35,852 nt of DNA from Candidatus Woesearchaeota archaeon (GTDB lineage: Archaea > Nanobdellota > Nanobdellia > Pacearchaeales > GW2011-AR1): contig CAZQGH010000003.1 in NCBI GenBank assembly GCA_964592915.1, positions 1,629-37,480 on the forward strand, in the 5' to 3' direction. This document shows positions 17,149 through 26,901 of the stretch, one piece after another. The notes under the pieces are model-generated. The model had not been told where the DNA came from and made no database searches. It worked only from the letters and a program-made list of their open reading frames with translations. The position numbers and the translations under genes were made by a program. The stretch's first letter is position 1; the number at the start of each line of letters is the position of its first letter.

Positions 17149-17298
17149 TTTGATCACAGAACGGTCTTTTAATTTTTAATCAGATTAATCATAATCTAAC
17201 CTGCTTCTAGACTTCTGGCACGAGTTTCGTTTAACATTTCGTTATAATCTTTTACCATAATATGCTTAATTATTCATTGTATATATAAGGATATAAAA

Positions 17299-17345
17299 CA
17301 TGATACACAAAGTGTATCAAATCATGTAACAAAAAGTGTATCATG
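17299..17345. promoter_or_regulatory. Tandem palindromic boxes (putative operator)
   Basis: tgatacac-aaa-gtgtatca (17301-17319) and an 18/21 copy 24 bp downstream; outer catgatacac/gtgtatcatg also complementary. Confidence 0.6.
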
Positions 17346-17380
17346 CCCCCGCGAGTCTTTTGATTTTGCATTGAAGACTC
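17343..17380. repeat. ATGCCC-initiated hairpin element
   Basis: atgcccccgcga (11/12 to 16205-16216) followed by gagtctt...aagactc stem. Confidence 0.65.
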
Positions 17381-17504
17381 ATTAGAAAGAAGCTTATTCA
17401 GAGGTATTTAAGGATAGCTATGTTTTATTATATAATCAAAAATCTTAGCAAGTTTTATATATTCTAAACATTTAATTTTTATAATTATAAACGAGGTATG
17501 GAAA

Positions 17505-18362
17505 ATGTTAGAAATGCTGATAAATCCGAGAAAAGCTGAAAGACAGCCATGGGAGCTGTTTTTTGTTGGATTATTTTATGCTACTCTCTCTATTTTACTT
17601 GTAAACTGGATTTTTGGGCAGGATGCAGTATTAGCTAAATATTCTGGCATATTAGTTGTTACATTTTCAGTTATGTTTACTATTCCTTTTGTTTATTATA
17701 CGTTAAAAATAGAAGAAGAAAAAGACATAAAAATTGACAGCAGTATTTCAATATTAAAAGAGCATGCTAAAGCTTTACATGCATTTATGTGGCTGTTTTT
17801 AGGATTTGTTGTTGCTTTTTCATTTTGGTATATTGTTTTATCTTCAACTCAAAGCTTTCGCGCGCAAATTGAAACTTATTGCATGATTAATCGTCCAGCT
17901 AATTTTGAAGACTGCGTTCAGGAGTATGGAATGAAAACTGGTGTTAGGACTACAGGGCTTCTCACTTCAAAAGAAAAAATTTTCATTATTTTTGCAAATA
18001 ACATTTATGTTCTTATATTTACATTCGTTTTCTCGCTAATTTTTGGGGCAGGAGCAATATTTGTTTTAGCCTGGAATGCATCAGTTATAGCTGCAGCAGT
18101 TGGAATATTCACAAGGTCAAATTTAAAGGAACTGCCAATAGGCATAATGAGGTATATGATTCATGGGGTTCCTGAAATTGCTGCATATTTTATTGGTGCT
18201 ATTGCAGGAGGAATACTGAGTATTGCAATAATAAAACATGAGGTTAAAACAGAGAAATTCTGGAAAATTTTGCAAGACTCATTAAACTTAACGATAATAG
18301 CAGTAATAATATTATTTTTATCAGCTTTAATTGAGGTTTTTATTACTCCTTATTTGTTTTGA
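17505..18362 (+). CDS. SpoIIM/DUF95-family membrane protein
   Basis: Multi-TM, IF.NN, WNAS, HGVPEIAAY, ALIEVFITP; GAGGT upstream. Confidence 0.85.
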   Translation: MLEMLINPRKAERQPWELFFVGLFYATLSILLVNWIFGQDAVLAKYSGILVVTFSVMFTIPFVYYTLKIEEEKDIKIDSSISILKEHAKALHAFMWLFLGFVVAFSFWYIVLSSTQSFRAQIETYCMINRPANFEDCVQEYGMKTGVRTTGLLTSKEKIFIIFANNIYVLIFTFVFSLIFGAGAIFVLAWNASVIAAAVGIFTRSNLKELPIGIMRYMIHGVPEIAAYFIGAIAGGILSIAIIKHEVKTEKFWKILQDSLNLTIIAVIILFLSALIEVFITPYLF

Positions 18363-18396
18363 TAAACTTTAAAAACATATTTGTTTCTTTAACTAA

Positions 18397-19629
18397 ATGC
18401 TTAAGATACTAAGGAAACACATTAACAAAGATGAAATGACTAAAGGGAGTCTTATTTTTTTTATTCTTTTCAACATGTTTAACATGATGAATTTTTTATT
18501 TCATTTTATTTCTGGGAGATTATTAGGTTCTGCTTTATACGGAACATTAGGAGCGATTATGGGGATTATATACATTTTTAACATTCCTGCTGATAGCGTG
18601 ATTACAATTATTTCGAGATATACTACAAAATGTTTAGGGAATGAAAATAAAATCAAGGGCTTATTTGTCAAATCTTTAAAAAAATTCTTTTTTGTGGGCA
18701 TAATAAGCTTTTTATTATTTGCTTTATTATCTCCTTTATTAGGTGCTTTTTTAGATATAGAAGTTCCTTTACTGATTTTAACAGGTGTTTTACTAATAAG
18801 TGTATTCACAATAACCGTAAACAGAGGCATTTTGCAGGGTCAAAAAAAATTCTCTGCTTTGGGATTAAATTTCTTCTCTGAGGGAATTTTAAAATTAGGC
18901 TTAACAATTGCATTAATAATCATAGGATTTAAAGTTTATGGAGCTGTTTTAGGGATAATGATCGGAGCAGGATTTGCATTTTTATTGTCATTAATCTCTT
19001 TATCTACTATTTTGAAAGTTGAGAAAAAAGAAGTTGATACCAAAGGGATATATTCTTATTCTTTACCTGTTTTAGTCACTATTGCTGCAATTACTATCTT
19101 TTACAGTATTGATCTGATTTTAGCTAAAAGATTTTTTCCTGATGACATTGTTGGAAAATATGCTGCCATTTCAATGATTGGAAAAATAATTTTTTTCGGA
19201 ACAATGCCAATTTCAAGAGTTATGTTTCCTTTAGTTTCAGAAAGATGCGATATAAAAAAAGATGCTAAAGATTTATTGAAAAAATCTCTTGCTTTTGTTT
19301 TTTTATTGAGTTTAGCAGCATTAATTGTTTATTATTTTTTTGATAACCTGATAATCTTCATACTTTATGGCAAGGATTTTGTTGATTTTTCAAAATACCT
19401 GATTTTTCCTTCTTTAGCTATGGCTTTATTGTCTTTAAGTAATGTTTTCGCATTTTATAATTTATGTTCAAAAAGAAAAAATCTAAACTACTTATTAATC
19501 ATATTTATTGCAATACAGATAATCTTATTAAGCGTGTTTAATTCTACAATTTTACAGTTTATGTATATGAATATACTTGCAAATTTGCTTTTATTTGTTT
19601 TTATGTTTATTTTAAGTTTAAGGAATTAA
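18397..19629 (+). CDS. Oligosaccharide flippase (Wzx/MOP family)
   Basis: About 12 TMs, RLLG...YG, RGILQG, DLILAKRFF...GKYAA, VMFP; heads the glycan cluster. Confidence 0.88.
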   Translation: MLKILRKHINKDEMTKGSLIFFILFNMFNMMNFLFHFISGRLLGSALYGTLGAIMGIIYIFNIPADSVITIISRYTTKCLGNENKIKGLFVKSLKKFFFVGIISFLLFALLSPLLGAFLDIEVPLLILTGVLLISVFTITVNRGILQGQKKFSALGLNFFSEGILKLGLTIALIIIGFKVYGAVLGIMIGAGFAFLLSLISLSTILKVEKKEVDTKGIYSYSLPVLVTIAAITIFYSIDLILAKRFFPDDIVGKYAAISMIGKIIFFGTMPISRVMFPLVSERCDIKKDAKDLLKKSLAFVFLLSLAALIVYYFFDNLIIFILYGKDFVDFSKYLIFPSLAMALLSLSNVFAFYNLCSKRKNLNYLLIIFIAIQIILLSVFNSTILQFMYMNILANLLLFVFMFILSLRN

Positions 19630-19630
19630 A

Positions 19631-20413
19631 ATGGAATCAAAAAAAATTAGCATAATTATTCCTGCTAAAGACGAAGAGAAAACAATTAAAAAAACACTTG
19701 AATCTTATTCTGTTTTTTTTAAAAAGATTGCCAGTATGGATTTTGAGATAATTGTTGTTTTAAATGCATGCGAAGATAATACTTTGGAAATAGTTAAAAA
19801 ATCAGAGGGGAAACACAATCAAATTAAACATTTAAATTTTGAAAGAGGAGGTAAAGGATTTGCAATTACTCAGGGATTTATTGAAGCTTTGAAAGGTGAT
19901 TCAGATTTAATGGGTTTTGTCGACGCTGATATGTCAACTCCTCCTTTTGCATTTCATGACTTAATTTTAAGTATAAAAAATTATGATGGAGTTATTGCAA
20001 GCAGATATTTGCCTAATTCAATTGTTAAACCTAAACAAAGGGTTATGAGAATAATTGCAAGCAGAGTTTTCAATTTTTTAGTTCGTTCATTGTTCTTGAT
20101 TCCATACAGAGATACACAATGCGGAGCTAAGATTTTTAAAAGAAAAGCTTTAGAAAAAATACTTCCAGAAATTGGAATGACTCAGTGGGCTTATGATATT
20201 GATTTGTTGTATAATGCGCATAAATTAGGTTTTAGAATTAAGGAAAAAGCAACTTTTTGGGAAGATAAAGAATCAAGAAACTTAAATTTGAAAAAAGCAA
20301 GCATCCAGATGTTTTTAGCTGTATCCCAGTTAAGAATAATGAAAAGCAAATTTAAAAGAATTTGGTGGGTTTTTAAGCCAGTAGCAGGTTTGTTCTATAA
20401 GTTAGTTAAATAA
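19631..20413 (+). CDS. GT2 glycosyltransferase, dolichyl-phosphate hexose synthase-like
   Basis: IIIPAKDEE, GKG, FVDAD, IASR, DTQCGAKIF. Confidence 0.9.
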   Translation: MESKKISIIIPAKDEEKTIKKTLESYSVFFKKIASMDFEIIVVLNACEDNTLEIVKKSEGKHNQIKHLNFERGGKGFAITQGFIEALKGDSDLMGFVDADMSTPPFAFHDLILSIKNYDGVIASRYLPNSIVKPKQRVMRIIASRVFNFLVRSLFLIPYRDTQCGAKIFKRKALEKILPEIGMTQWAYDIDLLYNAHKLGFRIKEKATFWEDKESRNLNLKKASIQMFLAVSQLRIMKSKFKRIWWVFKPVAGLFYKLVK

Positions 20414-20447
20414 TTAATTTTATAAAGGTTTTTTTAATAATAAAACT

Positions 20448-22292
20448 ATGAAATTTGAAGAGGTTATAGACAAAGGGTTAGATATTTTTTTTTCAAAGGA
20501 TAAAACAAGGTTATATGTAGTATTAATTTTTATTTTGGGATTTGTATTGAGATTAATTGCTGGGAGAAATTTAGGAATTTCAGCAGATGATGCTAATCAT
20601 GCAATAAGACCTATAGGGATATCCTCTACCGGAAAAATGGTTATCTGGGATCAGTCATCAGCAATATGGTATTATGTTGAAGGATTTTTTTATGATATTT
20701 TTGGGACTTCTCATTTATCTGCGAGATTTGCTACAGCCTTATTTGGGAGTTTTTTTATAATCCTGATTTTTATTTTCACGAGCTATGTCTTTAAATCCAA
20801 AAAAACAGGCTTGATTTCAGCTTTTTTAATTGCAATAAGCCCTTTCCATATAAAAAACACCTTAACAGAATTAGACGTTGGCGCTGTATTTTTTATTATT
20901 TTCTCTGCATATTTCTTATTTAGATTTTTAAGAGAAGAAAAAAAAGATTACCTTATTTTATCTGCTGTATTGATTGGTTTGGGGGTATTGGTAAAGGTTT
21001 ATGCATTATTTTTTGTTGTGTCTTTTTCAGCTTTTTTGTTTTACAAACTTTATTTGAAAGAAGATAAAGAGAAGTACAAAAAAATAGGTGTTTTTCTGGC
21101 GATTATATTTATTTTTACCATTCCTACTCTAACTCATAATTACCTGTTATATCAGGATAAAGGGCATATGGATTTAATTTTTACAAATTTTTTTAAATTG
21201 GGTGTAGAAAAAGCTCAGAAAATATACGGGTGGGGAGCTGGATGGATGCCTTATACTGATTATAAAGGGTTCTTTTTTGGACATCAGAAAAATTTTGGAG
21301 ATACAGCAATTCCAGGATTTATGATTGTTGCAGGTTTTTTATTTTATGAGGATCCTCTTTTGTTTATATTGGGAATATTAGGATTATTTTCTTTATTTTT
21401 ATCTAAAAAGAAGGAATATTTGATATTTTTCATTTTGTCTTTTTTTCCGGCTTTTATTTATTTGGGAAGCAATATTCCTATGGCAAAGCACTTTGTATTT
21501 GGAATTGCCTTGTTAACTCCTCCTGCAGGTTATTTTTTAAATCAAATTCATATAAAAATTAAGAAGAAGAAAATAAGATTGGGATATATTTTCCTGATTG
21601 TTATAATATTTAATTTGATTTATCTTGGAAAAGGGTGGGGAGCAAGCCACGGACATTTTTATTACGAAAGTGCAGAAGGCAAACTTATTCGGTATAAAGA
21701 AGAAATACCTGAAAATGCCCTGGTTTTAGTTGATTCAAGAATTTACAGAGGTTTCGCAGTTTGGATGTTACATGACAAGAATTTTCTTGAAGCTACTTAT
21801 TTTTCATCTTTGATGCAGCAGTCAAATCAAATGGGGGGGCAAACTCCTATAGATATTTATTATGTTGAATGTGCTGCAGATGATTGTGGTTGGGGAACAA
21901 TTAGAAAATCTGGGCAAGAGATAAACCAGACAATGGAGAATTTCACAATGCAATTTGTTCAAATTGGTGAGGAAAGATTTAGTGCTTATGGATTAAGCGA
22001 GTCAGATTCTTATTTCCCTTTTACTAAACCAGATGAGAAAATTAAATACAGAGTTTACAAAGCCACTTTGAATTTAAATCCAGGAGCATTGGAAGCTGTT
22101 AAAACAACTCATAACTGGTATATGTATCCTTTAGGTTATGATGAAAATATTGGTGAAGTTTTTGACAAATATGATGCAAAAGGGCTGGGATATTTATTAG
22201 ATATGGCTGCTCATTTTGTTTATCATGCGTCTTTAATTGGTATTTTTGTTTCGATAGCTTTTTTAATCTATCTTTTTTTAATTGGAGAATGA
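20448..22292 (+). CDS. GT-C fold membrane glycosyltransferase (ArnT/PMT-like)
   Basis: LRL...ADD first-loop acidic motif, many TMs, extracellular C-terminal domain. Confidence 0.82.
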   Translation: MKFEEVIDKGLDIFFSKDKTRLYVVLIFILGFVLRLIAGRNLGISADDANHAIRPIGISSTGKMVIWDQSSAIWYYVEGFFYDIFGTSHLSARFATALFGSFFIILIFIFTSYVFKSKKTGLISAFLIAISPFHIKNTLTELDVGAVFFIIFSAYFLFRFLREEKKDYLILSAVLIGLGVLVKVYALFFVVSFSAFLFYKLYLKEDKEKYKKIGVFLAIIFIFTIPTLTHNYLLYQDKGHMDLIFTNFFKLGVEKAQKIYGWGAGWMPYTDYKGFFFGHQKNFGDTAIPGFMIVAGFLFYEDPLLFILGILGLFSLFLSKKKEYLIFFILSFFPAFIYLGSNIPMAKHFVFGIALLTPPAGYFLNQIHIKIKKKKIRLGYIFLIVIIFNLIYLGKGWGASHGHFYYESAEGKLIRYKEEIPENALVLVDSRIYRGFAVWMLHDKNFLEATYFSSLMQQSNQMGGQTPIDIYYVECAADDCGWGTIRKSGQEINQTMENFTMQFVQIGEERFSAYGLSESDSYFPFTKPDEKIKYRVYKATLNLNPGALEAVKTTHNWYMYPLGYDENIGEVFDKYDAKGLGYLLDMAAHFVYHASLIGIFVSIAFLIYLFLIGE

Positions 22293-22969
22293 AATTATCT
22301 ATCACAATACCTTTCTATAATGAAGAAAAAACAATCCGAGAGGTAATTAGGAGAATTAAAAATCTGCATTTGAAAATAAAAAAAGAGATTATTGTCATTG
22401 ATGATGGTTCAACTGATTCGGGATATGAAAAAATTAAGAATATCAGAGGGATAAAACTTTTAAAACATAAAAAAAATAAAGGAAAAGGTGCGGCAGTTAA
22501 AACAGCTCTTTCAGAAGCTACAGGAGATATTTTTCTTGTACAAGATGCGGATTTAGAACTGGCTCCCGAAGAAATCCCAAAAATCATCGCTCCCTTAATT
22601 GATAACAATGCAGAAGTGGTATATGGTTCAAGGAATCTCTATGGCAGAAACAAGGAACATTCTTTTATTTTTTATTGGGGTGGAAAATTTGTGACTTTTC
22701 TTACAAATCTTCTGTATAAAACCCAATTAACTGATGAAGCATGTGGCTATAAAGCATTTAAAAAAAATATTTTGAAAGATATAAATATAAATGAAGACAG
22801 ATTCGAATGGGAGCCGGAAATTACTGCAAAAATTTCAAAAAAAGGTATAAAAATTCATGAAGTTTCGGTATCTTATAATCCAAGAATGAAAAGGCAGGGT
22901 AAAAAACTTGGATGGAAAGACGGATTTAAAGCTATATGGACCTTACTTAAATACAGATTTAAAAATTAA
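22289..22969 (+). CDS. GT2 glycosyltransferase, DPM1-like
   Basis: IPFYNEE, IDDGSTD, NKGKG, QDADLE, VYGSR, FEWEPEIT. Confidence 0.92.
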   Translation: MKLSITIPFYNEEKTIREVIRRIKNLHLKIKKEIIVIDDGSTDSGYEKIKNIRGIKLLKHKKNKGKGAAVKTALSEATGDIFLVQDADLELAPEEIPKIIAPLIDNNAEVVYGSRNLYGRNKEHSFIFYWGGKFVTFLTNLLYKTQLTDEACGYKAFKKNILKDININEDRFEWEPEITAKISKKGIKIHEVSVSYNPRMKRQGKKLGWKDGFKAIWTLLKYRFKN

Positions 22970-22979
22970 ATAAAATAAA

Positions 22980-24056
22980 ATGAACATACTGATTTTTAAT
23001 TGGAGAGACCTGAAACATAAACAAGGAGGAGGAGCAGAATTATATTTGCACGAACAAGCAAAAATATGGGCTAAAAAAGGGCACAAGGTGATATGGATTA
23101 CTTCAAGTATTAATGGAAAAAAACAAGAAACTATTGATGGGATAAAATTTATCAGAAAAGGGGGAATTGCCTCTTTGTATTTTTTTGCAGCAATAAATTA
23201 TTTTAAGTATGGGAAAAATGCAGATATTATAATTGACGCAGAAAATGGAATTCCTTTTTTTACACCTTTTTATTCAAGAAAGAAAAAAATTTTATTGATA
23301 CATCATGTTCATAAAGACCAGTGGTTTAAGCAGTGGAGCTTTCCAATTAACTGGATTGGTTATTTTTTAGAAACAAAAATAATGCCTTTAATTTATAAAA
23401 ACATTCAGATTGTAACTGTATCTGAAAGTTCAAGAAATGAAATTAAAAAATTAATGGATAATAAAATTAAAATTGTTTATAATGCAATTAGCAAAAAATA
23501 CAGGCCAGGAAAAAAATCAAAAACCCCGGAGATAATTTTTTTAGGCAGGTTAAAAAGATACAAAAGTATTGATGTTTTATTGAAAGCTGTATCATTATAT
23601 GACAAAAATCTTAAAGTAAATATTATCGGGAGAGGTGACGATGAAGGAAGATTAAGAAAGTTAACTGGAAAATTAAATTTAAAAAATGTGATTTTTCACG
23701 GATTTGTTTCAGAAAAAAAGAAAATTAAATTATTGCAAAAATCATGGATTGCTGTAAATCCTAGTATGATTGAAGGGTGGAGCATAACGAATATTGAAGC
23801 AAATGCCTGCGGTTTGCCAGTAATTGGAAGTAATGTTCCGGGAATCAGAGATTCGATAAAAAATAACAAAACTGGATTTCTTTTTGAATATGGGAATTAT
23901 AAAGAATTAGCGGATAAAATTGAAAAATTATTAAAAGATGGGAAACTAAGGAATAATATGGTAAAACAGGCTTTAAAATGGAGTAAAAATTTTTCATGGG
24001 AAAAATCAGCTGAAAAATTTTTAAAAATTATTAAAAAAGAGCTGATAAAAAAATGA
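22980..24056 (+). CDS. GT4 glycosyltransferase
   Basis: NWRD...GGAE, FLGRLKRYK, EGWSITNIEANACG. Confidence 0.92.
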   Translation: MNILIFNWRDLKHKQGGGAELYLHEQAKIWAKKGHKVIWITSSINGKKQETIDGIKFIRKGGIASLYFFAAINYFKYGKNADIIIDAENGIPFFTPFYSRKKKILLIHHVHKDQWFKQWSFPINWIGYFLETKIMPLIYKNIQIVTVSESSRNEIKKLMDNKIKIVYNAISKKYRPGKKSKTPEIIFLGRLKRYKSIDVLLKAVSLYDKNLKVNIIGRGDDEGRLRKLTGKLNLKNVIFHGFVSEKKKIKLLQKSWIAVNPSMIEGWSITNIEANACGLPVIGSNVPGIRDSIKNNKTGFLFEYGNYKELADKIEKLLKDGKLRNNMVKQALKWSKNFSWEKSAEKFLKIIKKELIKK

Positions 24057-24463
24057 AGGCTTGGAGAAAATAACTAATTATATAATTAATTCTTAATGAG
24101 TGTTCTAAATCCTATACTGACTTTCTACATAATAATTATATGACAGGGGGTTACAGAAAAATGTGTTGGACTTCCTATGATAAAAGACATTGTTAAAAAT
24201 ACAAACGGAAAAATTCTTGAAATTGGAAGGGAGTCTCATTGCTATAAAATTATAGGAATTTTAGATAAACTTAAAACAGAAAATTTTCCCATAGTGGTTA
24301 TGATGATTTATCTGTAATTACTTCTCTTATGTTGTATAAACTATATCTAGGCAAACTGACTGAAAAAATGGAACAGGTTAATAAAAAAGAAGCTTTAAAA
24401 TGCAATTATGGTAAACCTTATTCTTATGCAAATTGCATTATGATTGGAGAATTTAAAAAATAG
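24053..24463 (+). pseudogene. Degraded gene, probably a class I SAM-dependent methyltransferase
   Basis: ATGA overlap with the GT4 stop, early stops, fragment ...NTNGKILEIG... (motif I-like) and a separate-frame C-terminus ending ...NCIMIGEFKK*. Confidence 0.55.
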
Positions 24464-25340
24464 ATTTTGTTGTCTCCACTCTTTCCCATGTTTTTTCAAA
24501 TTGCCTGTTCCATAATCTGAAATCTAAAAAAATTCTAAACCATAAATAAAACCTCATTATAATAAGAAAGAAAAACCAGAATAATTCTTTAAAATTGTTT
24601 ATTAAAAATAAACTTTTAACTCCTAATAACAATTCTGAAGAGAAATTCCTTAATTTTTTAATATCAAAATATTTTTTCAACTGATAGTATCTTGAGGAGG
24701 TTCTCTTTTTTTGCCTTATCCAGTCCTGCAGAGATTTTGGGTAAGTTACATAAACTTTAGCTTTTTCCTCATATTCAGTTTTATAACCTTTTTCAATTAT
24801 TTTAAAAGTAATATAAGCATCATCTGCCAAGATATCCTCGGGAATTTTTTTTATTATGTTTCTTATTCCATATAAATACCCAGAACATGTAATATTCTGA
24901 TTATTGTCTTTTTGATGTATTCTTTGTTTATGTATTCCTTCAGTTAGTAAATATGCCCAAAATCCAAGCATATTTTTTCTTGAATTTTTTGGTATTGGTT
25001 TCCCTGAAACTGCTCCGACTTTTTTATCTTTAAAATGTTTCAGTAAGTTATTCACTGAATTTTTTCCTACAAAAACATCTCCATCGCTTAATATTAATAT
25101 CTCGCCTTTAGCTTTTTTAAACATTAAATTTAGTGCTGCGGGTTTCCCTTTTCCTTTGTCTTTTATAAGTTTTATTTTTTTATTATTCTTTTTTAATTTT
25201 TTAACTGCTTCCTGTGTTTCTAAGTCAGGAGCAGAAACAATTATTTCATATCTTTCTTTAATATTCTGTTTAAGGAAATATTTAATTGATTTTGTAATGG
25301 TTTTTGGTTCTTTAAAAGAAGCTATTAAGATACTTATCAT
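24453..25340 (-). CDS. GT2 glycosyltransferase (IcaA/CesA-like motifs)
   Basis: GKPAALN, SDGD, LADD, QKKRT, C-terminal TM. Confidence 0.9.
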   Translation of the reverse strand: MISILIASFKEPKTITKSIKYFLKQNIKERYEIIVSAPDLETQEAVKKLKKNNKKIKLIKDKGKGKPAALNLMFKKAKGEILILSDGDVFVGKNSVNNLLKHFKDKKVGAVSGKPIPKNSRKNMLGFWAYLLTEGIHKQRIHQKDNNQNITCSGYLYGIRNIIKKIPEDILADDAYITFKIIEKGYKTEYEEKAKVYVTYPKSLQDWIRQKKRTSSRYYQLKKYFDIKKLRNFSSELLLGVKSLFLINNFKELFWFFFLIIMRFYLWFRIFLDFRLWNRQFEKTWERVETTKSIF

Positions 25341-25347
25341 GAATTTA

Positions 25348-26451
25348 TTAGCCAGATAAAGCTTTTAATACTTCCTCTACTGAAATACTATCAGTTAACT
25401 CTTCATTGTAAAAATTTGAAAAAAAGTATTTATTTAGTAATGGAGAGACTATTTTATTAACACAATCATATCCTTCAATTTCCCAGGAGGGAGTTGAAAA
25501 AAATAAAGCTACAGTAGGTTTTTTCAAAGCTATAGACAAATGTAGAGCTAAAGAATCTGTTGTTAGTATTTTATCACACAAATTAATTATTGAAGCAAAT
25601 TCTCCTATTGAATTATCCGGGTTGTTTGTTATAACTTCTTTTCCTTTTTGTTTTAATTTCTTTTGTAATTGTTTTAATTTTTCTTTTTCTTCTGGTCCTC
25701 CTAACAAAATCACTTCCCGATTTAATTTTAAAATTAGTTTAATCAATTTTTCTTCACTCCATGCTTTAGAAGGCCATCTTTTTCCTGAACCAAAATTAAT
25801 GCCTGCAATTTTTTTATTTTCTAAATTATTTTCTTTTTTAAATTCTTCAGCATATTCTTTATTTTTTTCAGATAATTCGAAAATAATCTCCTGTTTTTTA
25901 TAAGGTAATTTTGAAGCAGAAAAAATTAGTTCCTGATAAGTTTTTCTGTTTGCTTTTTTTATATGCGTTAAAAAAGCAGTTTCAAGATACTGTTCAGCTT
26001 CCTTATTATATACTGAAGTTGAACCATTATCAAAATAATATCCAAGTTTTTCATCTGCTTTTATTAGTTCAGGAATTAATGTTCCAGGAGTTGTGGTTTC
26101 TAAAGAATAAATTATGTCAAATTTTTCTTGTTGCAATCTTAACATATTTTCAGAATTAAAAATTAGTAATTTGTCAATATAAGGATTGTTTTTTAAAATT
26201 TCCTTTCCATTCCCATATAAATCGCTAACTAACCAGTAAATTACAGATTCGGGATATTTCTCTTTTATTGCTTCCAATACTGGTGTTGTCCTAACTACGT
26301 CTCCTAAAGCTCCTAGCTTGATGATTAGAATTTTTTTATCATACTCGCTGGCAAATTTACACTGCTCACATGATTTTAATCCTTCTGCAGTTAATGTATC
26401 ACAAGCATAGTTTTCATTAAAAAATCTGCATTTAGTATTCCACTTAGTCAT
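25348..26451 (-). CDS. GT9 (heptosyltransferase-family) glycosyltransferase
   Basis: KILIIKLGALGDVVRTTP, WPSKAW, LLGGPEE, TTDSLALHL, PTVALF. Confidence 0.9.
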   Translation of the reverse strand: MTKWNTKCRFFNENYACDTLTAEGLKSCEQCKFASEYDKKILIIKLGALGDVVRTTPVLEAIKEKYPESVIYWLVSDLYGNGKEILKNNPYIDKLLIFNSENMLRLQQEKFDIIYSLETTTPGTLIPELIKADEKLGYYFDNGSTSVYNKEAEQYLETAFLTHIKKANRKTYQELIFSASKLPYKKQEIIFELSEKNKEYAEEFKKENNLENKKIAGINFGSGKRWPSKAWSEEKLIKLILKLNREVILLGGPEEKEKLKQLQKKLKQKGKEVITNNPDNSIGEFASIINLCDKILTTDSLALHLSIALKKPTVALFFSTPSWEIEGYDCVNKIVSPLLNKYFFSNFYNEELTDSISVEEVLKALSG

Positions 26452-26487
26452 GCAAAAGTTTATATTGACAAATATTTAAAGGTTTTT

Positions 26488-26901
26488 ATGGTCAAAAAAA
26501 TTTATATTGCAGGACCTTTGTGCAATAAACAAGAAAGGGAATTTCTGGAAAAAATTGACAAAATATGTAAAGATTTAGGATTTTCAACTTTCTTGCCTCA
26601 CAGAGATGCGGGTTTATATAAAACTAAGGATGATGTTAAGCAAATTTCAAAAAAAGACATCGAAGAGATTGAAAATTGTGGGGTAATGATTGGGGTATTA
26701 AATGGAATTTGTGTTGGAGCTGGAACTGCTTGGGAAATGGGTTATGCAGAGGCAATTGGTAAAAAAGTCATTGGATTAAAAACAGATAGAAAAGTTGATG
26801 AATCTATAGCTGATATTTCAGCTGTTATTGCCGGTAAAGTAAATATAGTTGAATCACTTGATGATTTAAAAGAATTTCTGGAGAAAATAAAAGATGAATA
26901 A
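26488..26901 (+). CDS. Nucleoside 2-deoxyribosyltransferase / NMP N-glycosidase family protein
   Basis: IYIAGPL, FLPHRD, GTAWEMGYA (catalytic Glu), GKKVIG. Confidence 0.88.
   Translation: MVKKIYIAGPLCNKQEREFLEKIDKICKDLGFSTFLPHRDAGLYKTKDDVKQISKKDIEEIENCGVMIGVLNGICVGAGTAWEMGYAEAIGKKVIGLKTDRKVDESIADISAVIAGKVNIVESLDDLKEFLEKIKDE

Noticed and set aside
16205-17380. tRNA or tRNA fragment at the GC-rich motifs
   Set aside because: No TTC-RA T-loop or cloverleaf on either strand.
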